A DNA stretch of 64,000 nt from NCBI GenBank assembly GCA_051362555.1, contig CM120640.1:57638788-57702787 (forward strand), given 5' to 3'. Below the pieces are notes generated by a model. The model was not told the DNA's origin. It worked only from the letters and a program-made list of their open reading frames with translations, and searched no databases. The DNA is from Lingula anatina. Its lineage: Eukaryota; Animalia; Brachiopoda. This document shows, piece after piece, positions 13,036 to 26,881 of the stretch (position 1 is the stretch's first letter; each line of letters opens with the position of its first letter). Made by a program: the position numbers and the translations under genes.

Positions 13036-16000
13036 ACCCATGATGGCACCTAAGATGTGAACAGACTTGGATTTCTTCAAGAACGCCTTAAGGAAATTTA
13101 CTAGTGGCCGCTATTATAATTTTTATCGAGTGTTCCGTAGAGGCACTCTCAACTGGTGTCTTGCTGCATTATTCTTTATTATAACTTTTTGGTTGACTTT
13201 AAATTGCCAGCGTCATAAGTTAAAATATTGTGAGACCTTAACTGTGAAAAAGCAGGAAAGTTGAGTAACTATTTGCTGGATGTTACAATAATCTTCGTTG
13301 GTGTTACATGTAGCGTAACTTCCATGAAAAGGCCATGACTTTATAATAATTATTATAATAAGAACGTACTAATCTGTTATGTACGTAAATCTTTACGTAC
13401 ATAATGCAGGTGAAATGCAGTATGAATCTCGAAAATTGCGAGACAAGAGGCAAGGTGTAAATAAAATCAGCTTAGAATATACATATACCGGCTCAGATTC
13501 TAGAGATTCTGTTAGCATACTCATTAGATGTCTTTGTGGCAGTCTAAAGATCGCTATGCTTCTTTCTCTAAAAAGTGTTGTTACATATCTGGTGAGTTCA
13601 TTTATATGATCTTTCATTTATATAATCTTTCTGTAGAAATGTTATCTAAGAAGTGTGCTCATGTGCATTTCGTTAATTTCTTTCAATTCACTATCACTAT
13701 CGTCATTTGAAGAAACCACGTGATTTAGATCCCTCAGCGCCAGATTAATGTACAAGAGTTCATTTTGCAGACACCAATGACGCCATAAATTAAAAAAATA
13801 ACTGATTTAATGCCATATGTTTTTAGAAAACAGCAGTGTGCGTTCTACAAACTAAAATAACAATTAGTGAGAAGAACTGTTGTGAAAATGGTAGCCCAAG
13901 ATATATTTATAACCTTTGTAACTCCCGTTACATTTCTCCTAAAAAGGTCATTGCAGGAATGTCAATGATACCCTGTTTGCCAATGGCATGCGCGCAGTTT
14001 ATTGAATATAACGTTGATGGGTAGCGAGTGGTATTGAAGCAACTTATCGTTCTCATTGATTGTTTCTCAATTTTAAAGGAATTATGAAAAGACAATATTG
14101 CCGGATATTGAATGAAATCACTGCTTTCTACTCTCACTGCGAACAAACGATGGTGACTGAAAGCAGCAGCAAAGTTCTTAGTTGAAGACAACACTGTAAG
14201 ATTACACACGTTTACTAGTATGTAAATATCCTTAGAATTTTAACCGATTAAGAAACTCGTACCTGGCTTTCCGGAAATACCATATAACAATGATAATGAT
14301 ATTTATTGAAACTTATGAACCATGTACTAGTGAATATGTACAGTTTATGTGTTTACGTTACCTAGGTGACCTGTTTGGTCATAGCCTTTGTACCAAAGTG
14401 TAGTACCAATAACGATTATTATTATTATTTATATTAATAAAAAGTTGGCATTAGACCATCACACAAAAAAATAGACTATAAAATTTCAATTGAAACTAGT
14501 ATCAAGCGTAGCTCATTTGCATATGTGATATATGAAACAATGGAATTTTTGCCTGCATCTTCAATAGAAATTCAGATATCCACTACTTGATAAAAGTCAT
14601 CACCATAAGCCCCTTCTCCGTTCATTTGTGTATGGCTGTCTTAAAGGGATAATTCCCTAATGGCGTGTCCCACAAATAACGTGTTTTTTAAAGACTGCAA
14701 GGGTCACTTTTTAATTGTCCATCAGTAAAATTGTTCATTTAGGTTTATAATAAGTGTCGTGTAATCATTCTCTAGGGACAGAACACATTCTAAAAAGGAC
14801 ACCGAAAATCAAAAGTTTTTTATTGCGTCCTTTAGTTATATTTGGAAATTACTGTCTACTGACGTTTTTCTTGTGTTTTTGGAGATAACTTTTCCATTCT
14901 ATTCAACTGTATGGTGTGCGTGCGGAGTAAAGAGTGCGTACGCATGCGCTCTTTGGGGGGGGGGGATAATGACTTCTGTCTCATATGCAAATGATACGCC
15001 CACTAGAACCAATTGACAAGAACTTGATGTTGGGTGATAAAAGGCAGCAGTGGGCACTAGATGAATATATATCGATCAATTATCCATCTGTAAACATGTG
15101 CTGTTTGAAAAAGACTTTAAAAGGAATCCAGTGAATTAAGAACAGGATACAAAAGCCAAACAGGAATCCATTACAGAAATGAGATTATGATGTTTCTTTT
15201 TCAAATGTACTTGGCCACGGTATTATTGCCATTAACAGTCTTTAATAAAATTATACAGATATCTGAACTATCTTCACATCACATTATCTATGTAAGGATT
15301 TTCCATCAATCATGTCCGTGTGAAATCATGCCTTTCTGCGACCGTAATTAAAATCTGTGACTTTTCTCTGCAAATTGATTGAAACACTGTAGTTAGCCAA
15401 TACACTCTTACACTCCGAAATAAGAATATGGTTTGGGATTACCATAACTAAATAGCTTGGATTACTCAAGTGTTTTATTAAGTCCTGGTTTAAATCACAC
15501 AGATATAAATTACTTTTGTTTGTTAAATCAATCAGGTTTTGCAATGAAAAGGCGTGTATTTCGTCCTTATCCCTTTCACACTTAACTTGAGTATAGTATG
15601 CCAAAGCGAGATGAATATTTTGTATCCAATTTGACAATATTTGCTGATCTTGTCAATGTCTTAGGAGCTAAATGAATGTTTTGTAATGATCACTTATCTG
15701 GTGAAAAAATGTGGTCTTTTTGAAATAACGGTTAGAAAATGCCATAGTTAGTGTTGCCTGAATTATTACTAATAATACAATCTTCCGCATTTGTGTAAAT
15801 AATTACACTCATTTATGATCCATGTCTTGTTACGGGTGTAACTGTCCCTACCTCGGTTCATTGAATACTAGATTTTTTTACTGCGGACTTTATACCAGTC
15901 AATTTGGTGTTCTCGACATTCAGTTTTTGATCATTCTACATATGCCATCAATATTGTGCAGTATCCTGGTCTTTGATGCCCAGAAATAAAAATAATTACT

Positions 16001-18416
16001 TTTTCATCATACTTGTTATTAATTCAAGTTATACATAGTACAGAAAAGATGGTGTAGTTTTTTGTGATTATTTTCCCATGAAACCCTGAGCATTCTTCAA
16101 TATTTTCACTTATACGCGATATGAACACTTATAACCATATTTTTCACTGTCCATCCTTGACAACTCAGTATGACAATGCGAATCCGCAGGTTCATTACTT
16201 TTTTTCAATCTTAATATGCTGTGATTAAGATACCATGAAGTATAATTCACATCAAAAGAATGTAGTAAAATAGAACCTACTCAACTGGAAATTTCACGTG
16301 AGATAACACCATGGTTATGTAGCGCGACAAGAAACTCGCGAAACACGTAGACCAGCCAGGAGACAGCAAAGCCTTGAGGGCAGTTCATGGAATATTCGTT
16401 TTTTTCTCTTTGTGGGGCCGTAAGACAACTTATAAATCTAACTGAAGCTATGAACTCACACGCACCTGCAAATTAATAAATTGGCCCGACTTTCAAAATC
16501 ACATTACCCTGGTAGATATGAGAGGATAAATGACACTGGTTAGGACATCGGGTATTATTGCATGCGGTCTAAAATACGGCAGGAAATTACAAATAGAAGT
16601 CTTGGAATAAATACATTTACATACCTGTATGGATTTTTTGGCCATCCACTTAAAAAAGTTTTCCAAAGCAAACAAAATAGTTATGTCTACAATGCGGCCA
16701 CTGAATCGGCCAGAGTATAATGTACGTGTATGCTACGCTTTGAAAAAGCTCCTTCCACTTTAAGTCCATTCCTTTAAACAATGTGGATGCTATCACACAA
16801 GCTTCATGTATTAACAATTTACTGTTCTTTTCAGAGTGTACAGGTAAGATATTTGTTCAAGATTTCTAGTTTAATACGTGTAAATGGTGAATTTTTCAAC
16901 ATGAGCCCTAATGTAGTTCGCTATCGATCTTTATCAGCTACTGTACCCATTTCCTCTCGCGATGTGATTACTTTTTATGTGTTCTTTAAGTGTTGCTTCA
17001 GAACTCTTAATGATTGACGACAGAGTTATTGAAAAGAGATGAAAGCTTTTGAGGTAGATTCTCGGCTTGTCTCTTAAGATGATAGTTATTTGATGAATCA
17101 TGTAAAATGTCATTACAGTGGACCGAATATTGCTTGGCATATTGAGTATTACATAATGTATTTCCCGTCAGATTTCTGATTCATTATCGCCTTTTAGAGC
17201 ATGAGCATTTCCTTGTAGACAGTAGTTATTTGCATGTTGTTGCGTAACACTTCTCAGTTGGTCATGCAAGACACTGCTGTCTCTGTTCAATTTTAATTTA
17301 ACCTGGATTTCAAAACATCTTCAAAGACCTGTCGTCATTGGACACTCTCTGTGAAACACCTGCATGCACTGGTGGATTTAAAGTTTATGTTAAAAAGGGA
17401 GAGGGCTGGGAAGGGGGGTGTGTTACGGCAAGATTGGCGTCTATACGTAAAGAAAGAAGGCTAGTTCTTAAAAGTAGAATCGTCCTCTGTACCTTTCCCA
17501 TACTTACTCTCATTCCTTGATCATGTTGAGATGCCATTAACTTCTATTATATCTTACTCTATATAAAGTTAGGAATACTTGTATACCGTACTAGACCTAC
17601 TGATCTATAGACATGTAACTATGATATTTGACCGTCTTTTTCATGTTCTTCAACCTATATTTATTTTATTCTGTTTGTAGTCCTTTAAAAATAATGAAGA
17701 CTAAGATCTAAACTGATGACAGAGTAAGATGCACATATTTTTGTGACATCTCACGTAAAACATAGATTAAGATGTCTGCCAACTTTTCCAGGTGATTGAT
17801 AATGATCTTGATAAAGACATCTCGATGTATTTTTCATGGTTTATGGGTTGTTTTGATATACTGTTATTTGATCGATTTCGCCACATTTAGTCTCATGGAC
17901 AGGTGACCTTTAAGTGATAGCATTTGAATAAGCTTGGCTATATTATGTTTATGTTCAAATTGTTGGTTTAGCAAACAGATGGCCACTGTCTTTCCTTTGA
18001 CAGATAATTGTGTGATAAATAAACCGTAGGTTTTAGACGAATCTGTGATGATGAATCAGCATAAGAAGCATGTTGATTATATTTGATTGATTCCATTTCT
18101 TTGCCTTTTTGTGTGCCCACGATAAAAAGGAAAATGCCGTCTATGATGCAGATTGAGATTGACATTCTGTTTTTATTGTCAATTCTTCAAATGACCAATG
18201 TTCAAAACTTTGTTGATAGCAAAACCCAATAACTGACGCAGAACCCAATAAAGATGTATCACTTTAGAATAGCACGTACTTGATGTCTTGTTTCTACGCA
18301 ATGGTATTTAGTTTAGTATAGTTTTGAGAGACTGCAAAAACTGAAATATGGACGTCTGAGAACCGTTCTGAACGTATTCACTTCAGCCACCTTCTTTGGA
18401 CTAGACTGATGACTTG

Positions 18417-18762
18417 GGCTTCGTTCACATGGAAAGTCTATTTTCTAAAAATCTATTTTCTATTCGCGGTATCTTATGATCACTGTCTGTGCCCTGAATA
18501 TCCCGCGGCGTAATTACTGGCAGCGCGAGCCAGTTACTTGTAATTAATTCTCGGCTGTGCTCGGAGGAGATTCTGATACCTTGGCGCATGCGCAGTAGGA
18601 AGTTAGAAAGTTAATGGCAGTCGCGAGAATTAATTACAAGTAACTGGCTCGCGCTGCCAGTAATTACGCCGCGGGATTCTCAGGGCACAGACCGTGATCA
18701 CAAGATATACCGCGAATAGAAAATAGATTTTTAGAAAATAGACTTCCCATGTGAACGAAGCC
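18417..18762. mobile_element. MITE with ~135-bp terminal inverted repeats (PIF/Harbinger-like)
   Basis: GGCTTCGTTCACATGG...CCATGTGAACGAAGCC with long near-perfect inverted arms. 3-bp TSD TTG at 18414-16 and 18763-65. Confidence 0.85.
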
Positions 18763-18815
18763 TTGGTGTGTCTCAGTATTTTTTGCATTAATCCTGTGTC
18801 ATCAAATGTAACAAA

Positions 18816-19035
18816 GGGACCATTCCCATAATCCTATCGTACTAGCAGGATCTATCTCCGAGGGGATTCTCACTGAATTGCATTCAGTTTAAGCGTGCAC
18901 GAAAGTTAATTACCCCTTTACAGCTTCAGTGGGCGTGGCAAACATTTAAGCCGTTTAAACTGAATGCAATTTAGCGAGAATCCCCTTGGAGTTAGATCAA
19001 TCCAGTTAGTACGACACGTTTATGGGAACCCGGTC
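18816..19035. mobile_element. Short palindromic MITE, family A
   Basis: Inverted ends TTCCCATA...TATGGGAA. The internal GGGGATTCTCACTGAATTGCA/TGCAATTTAGCGAGAATCCCC and TTAATTACCCC core is shared with copies near 37664, 46535 and 47859. Confidence 0.7.
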
Positions 19036-19086
19036 AAAGTGATATATTTTCTTGTTGTTTTCCAGACATCTAACCTATCCGCAAAG

Positions 19087-22000
19087 ATGAACGGCTGGGA
19101 GATCGTCCTAATCGTGTTTATCATAGCCCTTCTCATCATGATTGTGGCCATATTTCTGTGCCGGGTAATGGGGATAGGCTCCCTCAGCAAGTGGTTCTCG
19201 TCTGGGGAGGAAAAGCAGTCCCTAACCAAGCATGATGCCATGAATGGATACAACGGTTATGTGGTAAGAGGCAAATTATACAAGGGTTCTACTACCATTG
19301 AAATAAAACATTTTTAAATTTTCAATATCTTGTATTACTAGCCAAAAATGCACCAAAAATGTCTCCTTATCTGACTATCTCAAAAGCACTTAAGAGCAAC
19401 CTATCTTTTAAACAACTAAGTCTTATATCTAAACCATTCCATAACAAAATGACCAGATACCGTAAATCGTATGGAGCAACCTAAACTTTCCACACATTTG
19501 AATGCAAATAAGGCTCGACCTTTGAATTAAAGATGGTCTGTTGAAATGGTAAGTGACCTTTAAAAAGGATTCGGAACATATGTAACTTCCCACGAAACCA
19601 ACTACTGGATTATATACTTAAATGAACAAGTTACAATGTAACAAAATATTTCATAAATTATTTAATCAGATATGATTTTACCCCTCGCCTACAAACGTTA
19701 AGGCATCGCACTGTAATATGTTGGCCAGTGTAGCAATAGGATTATTAAAATTAGTCAAAATAACTTTTATCCCATTTCGTTTATAAAAAAAAGTTTCCTA
19801 GTACAATTATTAATACAGTTAAATTGAACGCTTTTAGGGCGAACATTTCCTTTTTCGTTGTTTTATGCACCACCCCACGCGCTTCAATTTTCAAGCTCTG
19901 CTCCAGTTAATCGTCAGTTTCTAAATTTATAAATTTATAAATTGATGTAAAATAATGATCGGCTTGCGGGGTGACTCCCTAACTAAGTCAAGATATCATC
20001 ATAGAAAATGGCGTGGTTGACGACATAGGTATCATGTACAATTCGTTGCCATCTTTGGCTTTTGATTTTTTTATGATACATGTATACGAGCCCTTAATTA
20101 GATACTTTCTCAAACATCTGCATTATTTCGCTTCTTAACAGATAAATTCAAAAGCAAGCCTTTCAAAAACAATTAGTGGCAACGAATTGTAATACTTACA
20201 GTTGTGATTAAATAGGCGTTGCAACAGTGTGGACAGCAGTTCGGGTGAGCGATATCTGCTTGAATTCAAAAACACCATTTCACGACAAAACGCTGCTGTT
20301 GCGACTTCGGCTCGAATTGGCAAATTCACCCAGATGTATTTTTAATTTGACAGCATTATATCATAACATGAAAAAGTTTATTTCTGCACTATCTAATGCC
20401 CCTATTGCACACCGATAACGAATTCCACGAACCGCCAGGAATTAGTAAATTTCAGAAATCATGAGGAATCGTAGAATTTTGTACATTTCTGGTAGACATC
20501 TTGTTCCTTCTTCGGCTTCATTTCCAAAATGGAAGTTCAACAAAGATCGTGTGTCGATTTCACGATCTTTCATAGTTGCAATAACTGACTGAGAATAAAT
20601 AAGAATCAGTTTAGAGCTTAAAGAATTTATCACGATTAAACTAAGAACCTTGGAATATATCCATTCTTAACAGTTCGTAGAATTCGTAGTCGATGTGGAA
20701 TAGGGGTATAAGTGTATAAGGACATTGGTCCTAATCTATGTATCCACCTTAAGTTCAACTTGCCTATCATATCAGTAAATTGTGAAATCTTATCTTTATC
20801 TGCATTACAATTTTTAACGCTAAAGATCCACTTTTATTGACGCAACTCCCATGAGAAATGTGCTTGCGAATCTGGATTGGGGAATAATCGCTGAATCTAT
20901 TGCAATTTGTATAGTTGACTAGGGGTAATATAGTTTACTTGCCTTTGATTTTTCAGTCGATAATACTGGGTGTATAGATTTTAGTCTTATAGCTAGTACA
21001 TACTTGAAGGGTTTTGAAATGATTTGATTAGAAATATGCCTATGATCACTTCCACTTTCGTGTTGCAGTGATGTCAGTTAGATCCACCACCATATCTGTA
21101 ACATGGCATAGACTGTTGTCTGTAAAACTACCGTAAAATGTAATTATATATCAACAAAATGACGGTTTGGTGCAAATGACATTATGAACTGTGATATATG
21201 GAGAAAGCTTGTAGTCTGAAATGTGTTTTTGTTTTATTTCCCAAACCATGAAAGTAAACACTGCACCAGTCCACCCACGTCCACCGTTCCTCGATCCACC
21301 CAGCGTGTTCTTGCGTTGAGATACATATTATCCAAGGCAGATAATTCTAAATTCCGAGGAAGTTTGCGTTATAGGTTGTATGTCTCCTAGGGTCTCCTTG
21401 CTATAGTTATCAATTTCTGTCGCTGTTGCAAGAGACAGCTTTCTAAATTTAAACACTTAAAGAGAGAGCATCTAAAGCATTTTGTGCATCATTTTAAGCT
21501 ACTTACGCATATGTACAAAATGTATCAATAAATATGCTGGTGTGTATGAAGCTAGAAAACTGCAGCAAAGAAAAAGCTTATCTGCTACCAAGCTCAAATA
21601 ACCTGTAAGCTCATATAGATTGGATATTCTGCCTGCTATTCACTGATTAATGTAACAAGACGATTGAATTTTAATTGTCTTTAGTCGTTCGGTACTGAAA
21701 AGGGAGATGGAGTATACATGTTATTTAACAAAGGAAAACAAAAATACGAAGTTTCGTATTTAGATAAACATTAGGTATCTCTTTTATTCTAAGTTCATGT
21801 ACAGCTAGACGTTTGTTTTGGTTCTGATAATACGATGAATCTAAAATCAATATACCCACCACCAGTTCCATTCTCTGTGGAAAAACACTAATGAAGGCTT
21901 AAAACCCTTCCCAGCCGCAAATGCGGCTTTCCACAACTTGTTTTTGTAGTCCTACACAGCTAAAATGTAAACCATGCTTAAATTGTGAACGTTTCTTAAT

Positions 22001-25000
22001 TCCTCAGTATGTGTATATTTTTCTTGCACGATATTTGTGCAGTATTCTTAAACTTAATTATATGCTAAGACTACAGTCATGTTATTGATAAATCTAAATT
22101 GTGTACAGATGAATCATTAATTTTACAATTACAATCAAATATATCAATAAGATGCTATCAAATACGCATTATCTTGTCAACTTCAATAGCCATTGCATAG
22201 CTATTAACCATCTATTTTTTTATCAGTATTGACATTATGTAAATGTGCCTACTGTTTCGACCGTTTTCCAGCTCTATAAGCTACGTGAACAAGGGTTTTA
22301 ACTAAGCCTTGTTCACCACCATGTATATCTTTATGAATAATCCTCAGTCTTAACAAAATGTAACTTGATCCTGTCCAACTACTTAATATTTTCATTGGTT
22401 GAGCAAAAATGTTCATTGGCTTGGTAGTTGGATCATAAATGAAAGTTATCAAACACAACCTGACTTGTGTTTGATAATTTTCATTTATGATTTTCATTGG
22501 TTGTTTTGTTCGTTTGATGTATTCTTCCTTTCATATGAACTCGGAGTCGGACTTTGCACTTGACGCCTCTGGTAAATATGTTGAGTACGACACGGTGAAG
22601 GCAGATCCCCAGTACCAGAACATAAACGAGACCGCCGAACCCCCGGCTACTACCCCCCAGCACCAGTCTGGGCGCAGCACACCAACCTCTTTATCATCCA
22701 GTATAGGTATTGAGTTGCACGCACAGCACCCACTCACGCACGCACCTATCACTCACGTACACATTTAACTTACCCGGAACTTCCGCAGAAAGGAAACCAC
22801 ACCAGCCTGTTACCTCGTGTACTTTCCTTCTATATTTCTGTAAGAGCAAGGATCTTGGAAAGACTACTTGTAAAGAAAAGTAAACCAATCAAGTAAACTA
22901 TCACTGTATTAATGTATACACATTTAGGATAGAGGTGTTTACAGCACATTTATCATGTGGCAAGTAATGAACATTATGGTCTGGTATGTGTCATTTACAC
23001 TGTATATCATTTTTATCAAATCATTATTCTGATATATGAAGAATCGCAGGTAGGATTCCTTCCTACTCTCCTTTTAATAATTATCATGCAGAAAAAAGGC
23101 GAAAACGTATTTGTTTTCTTGTATGTTTTGGAATAATGTTAAAATAGTTAGTTAAAATAGTTGTGAAAGCTGGATGTCTTTAGTATACTGCTTGGAGCGG
23201 CATTTGCGCTCTATCGCTTTTCAAGGAAAAAAGAAAGACAGTACCGTCTGTCTTTTTTATGCATTCCATTATTTATTTACACTGAGCAAATGTTGAAAAA
23301 AGTTTCCGTTCTTTTCAGCATCAGATTATGACATTGGGCAAGGCCTTACTAAAGCGCCTTCTTGTGAGAGCATTGCCTCCGATTCCTCTATCATGGACAT
23401 CGAACCTGCAGTGGCTGCTATAGGACAGCTGGAATTTGGGCTGGAGTTTGACAGGTTTTGTGATCGCCTGTTTTCCATTTCTGTTTTTCTTTTTACGTTT
23501 TTAAATCAAGCATTTTATTTGAATTTTCTTCAACCATGGCACCAAACGAAGATGGCACCGAAACCAAGCTTTTAAGTTTTTCTTTTTTATTTTGGGATAT
23601 AGTTCATGGAATTCATGGCATCGAAAGTCAGAGTAAAAGTGTTCTGGATTCTAAAATTAAACGTAGCATGTCTTGTACAAGTTTCGTTGTTTATACTGTA
23701 AACAAAACCCCTTTATGAGCCTGCCAATGCGGTTTCAGATAAATGAAATGGTAAATGAGAGTGTTTTCTGGGCAGAGGTAAGGAATCATCGTTCCCCTGG
23801 ACCGCGTTGAGTGGCTTATGTCCTCTACTAGACGTGGTTTACCTTGCCATTTGTATCTTGTGTTTGCAGGGAAGTGTCCGAACTTATAGTCAGCGTCATA
23901 CAAGCTAGAGATCTAGAAGTGAACGAAGTAACGGGAACTGTTGATACTTATGTGAAAGTCAATTTGGCACCAGATTCGGACAGCAAGAAGGTCACAAAAG
24001 TAAGATAAACGAGTACTTAGTTGTATCATTTTTTATTTCGGTATGCAGTTATACACCATGTGGTATTTCGATCCTAGGATAATTGTCTTCCCTTGGCATT
24101 ATCTTGGCAACCATGACGGCGCAAAAGAAAACGAACGTCTTTAAATGTGCGATCTCCATTATAAACTACTGACTGTTCCAGGCGTTTTTGTCTAGTAGTT
24201 TAAATCAATAGATGGGCTAGTCATTCTGTGTACTGTAATTTATCCATATTTTCTTGTCACTTGATAGAGACAAGCTTGAAACAAACATCAATACATTTGA
24301 CGTTACCAACACCCAAACGCGTTTGCCATATATAACTTCTTCAAAGTTAAGTATCTATTACCAGAAATTTACCTCAAAGAAAAAGCAACTATGACCTTGA
24401 TTTATATCTCAGACATTTTGGTACATCGATAGAACACAGTCACCAGAGACCGTCCTCATTGGATAAAGTGTTTAGAAAATATTGGATAAAGACGAAGTAG
24501 AGGACTATTCCTCCTGGAACGAAGCAGGAGGTGTATTTAGACAGACGAGATGGTCAAATGTACACAGAAGGCAAACTCTATAAATTCCCTAGCTCACTGT
24601 GTTTAGTGCTCTTTCCTTAACTTAGTTAAAACAGAAACCGGGAGTTAAAGGTTTTACTTTATACCTGCCTGATCACTTTAAAATAATGCAGCAAATTAAA
24701 TTTGGGACAGTAACTTAATTTTGAAACATGCTAACACAGATATATATATATATATGTCTTAGGTAATAAACGTCTCCTAGACAATTGCTGTTTACCCATA
24801 CGTTTAAGTTAGAAAGTTAACGTTCTGGTCTCTTTTTTAAGTTTACATAAAATAATAGACAAGGATATGTATATGAAATTAATGACTACTTAAAGATCAA
24901 TAATGGCACCTTTTGTTTAACGATTATTTTACCATTTCAGGTTCAGCGCGAGACTGCCAACCCTCAGTACAAAGAACGCTTCTTGTTCCCTGTGGACCCT

Positions 25001-26881
25001 GATGAGCTGGACAACAAAACGATCCAATTTAGCGTGTACTCCTGTGATAAGTATGCCCGCCACAAGCTGCTCGGCCAGTGCGACATAAAACTGGGGGACA
25101 TCGACCTGCGACATGCTGTCAGATTGTGGTTGAACCTGAAGGATATCGACGAGGTATGAATTGTCCGTGTCTCTAAATGAAAAAAAGAAAAAAGAAAGAA
25201 AAGAAAAAAAGAAAAACGTAACCAAACACGAAAATCCTTAATTATTGTTTTGGAATTTCAAGAAATACAATACGATCAATTCCAGTCACAAAGTTGTCAG
25301 TTTGGAACCCGACAGTAATGTACATTTTTATATAATAAATTGTTAAAAGTAAACACAATCAGAAAATGGTTATTTGGAAATAACATATTTGTCGCCGTAT
25401 AAAATGTTCTTATTAAGAACTGAAATATGATAGGTGTCCGGAATAAATGAATAAGGTATGAACCTTGCCGTGCTGATAGGCTGCCGTTGAATCCCAGAGT
25501 AATGGTCGTGGTAGATACAGTTACAGAGAACAAAAGTTAATGTAGACACAAGAAATCTCTCCATGACATGGGTTACATTCAAATCACACACATTAATTAG
25601 AATCGGCAAAGATCCAAGATTATACTAATTGATATAGGCCTTTAGAGGAATAATCATATTTCATTTTTTCCTGCCCTCCTACATCCTTTGTCACGCAATC
25701 AATTGATCATAACTGCAATATAACGTATGGTTCACCAAATTAAATTTTAGATCAGTTTTACTTTTACTTGCCACATAGCCAATAATATGCATTAAAAAAG
25801 ATCGATTTTGCCAATCATACAGAAGCAATCAATATGTGAATATCGATATAGCGGTATAGAATTGATAAAAAAAAGGTCACACACATTTAACATCCACTTT
25901 AAACTAAGAGTAAATCAGTGAAATAAATTGCAGGTTCAGGCGGAGTACGGTGATATCATGTTCTCCCTGAGTTATCTCCCCACAGCAGAGAGGCTAACTG
26001 TGGTGATAGTAAAGGCAAGAAACCTGAAGTGGCATCAGAACAGGGAGGCGGGAGGTAAATCACCAACTGAATCACTGTCATCATGGTAGCCCACATACAC
26101 TTGAGAAACTGGGCCGTAGTGAGAAATTTTCGTATTTCAAGACGACTTTATCATAATTTTAGAATAATGAAAGACGATATACATTATTATTATTATTGAA
26201 AAAGAGAGGGCTTTACCAGTTGCCTTAAAATTAATGGTAGGGTTAACAGAATTTGGAGTAAATTTTCTCTGTATATTTAGATTGTATCCTGTCATTTCTG
26301 TCCTTAGATGCTGTTGTCTACGATTAAAATTGATACTTGGGATCTTTTTCAGACTGTTTTGTAAAGGTGTATCTACTACAAAATGGGAAGAAGATGAAAA
26401 AGAAAAAGACGACTGTAAAGAAAGACGAAAAGAATCCAATTTTTAACGAAGCCATGATATTCTCCGTTCCTTCTTCAACATTGCCAGTGAGTTTTGCATT
26501 GCATGGTGCCAGTAAAATAATGCATGTACTCAAGATGCCTTGAGACTGAGTGCAATTTCAGAAGTTGTCAATAGTTCTGTACCTGGTCATTGATATATTC
26601 ACAGTCAGATGGCAACTGTGGCGTCTTTCATAGCTAACAAATATATTCTAAAGAATTATGTCTATATGGAAACGTTATGATTATATATCCGATATTCTTT
26701 TCAATTCTAGACGGTTCAGCTGAGAATCACGGTAGCCGAACAAATGCCTGAGGGAAAAGTATCATCTATAGGTCACATAATAGTCGGTGCTAATACCACT
26801 GGAACCGAACTGTCTCACTGGAACCAGATGATGACGTCACTACGTAAACCTATAGCCATGTGGCATTCATTGTGTAAATAA
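19087..26881 (+). CDS. SYT12: Synaptotagmin-12 (exons 19087-19263, ~22547(or 22535)-22706, 23319-23454, 23870-23999, 24941-25153, 25934-26054, 26353-26486, 26711-26881)
   Basis: N-terminal TM (MNGWEIVLIVFIIALLIMIVAIFLC), linker and two C2 domains. The C2B sequence FSLSYLPTAERLTVVIVKARNLKW...DCFVKVYLLQNGKKMKKKKTTVKKDEKNPIFNEAMIFSVP...HWNQMMTSLRKPIAMWH closely matches vertebrate SYT12 as I recall it. All intron phases are consistent. Confidence 0.9.
20397..20708. mobile_element. MITE (Harbinger-like) in a SYT12 intron
   Basis: Imperfect TIRs TGCCCCTATTGCACACCGATAACGAATTC / GAATTCGTAGTCGATGTGGAATAGGGGTA with a TAA TSD on both sides. Confidence 0.7.

Noticed and set aside
9620-18400. Many 60-100-aa ORFs in the putative SYT12 first intron
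   Set aside because: No recognisable domains or consistent splice structure, as expected by chance in AT-rich DNA.
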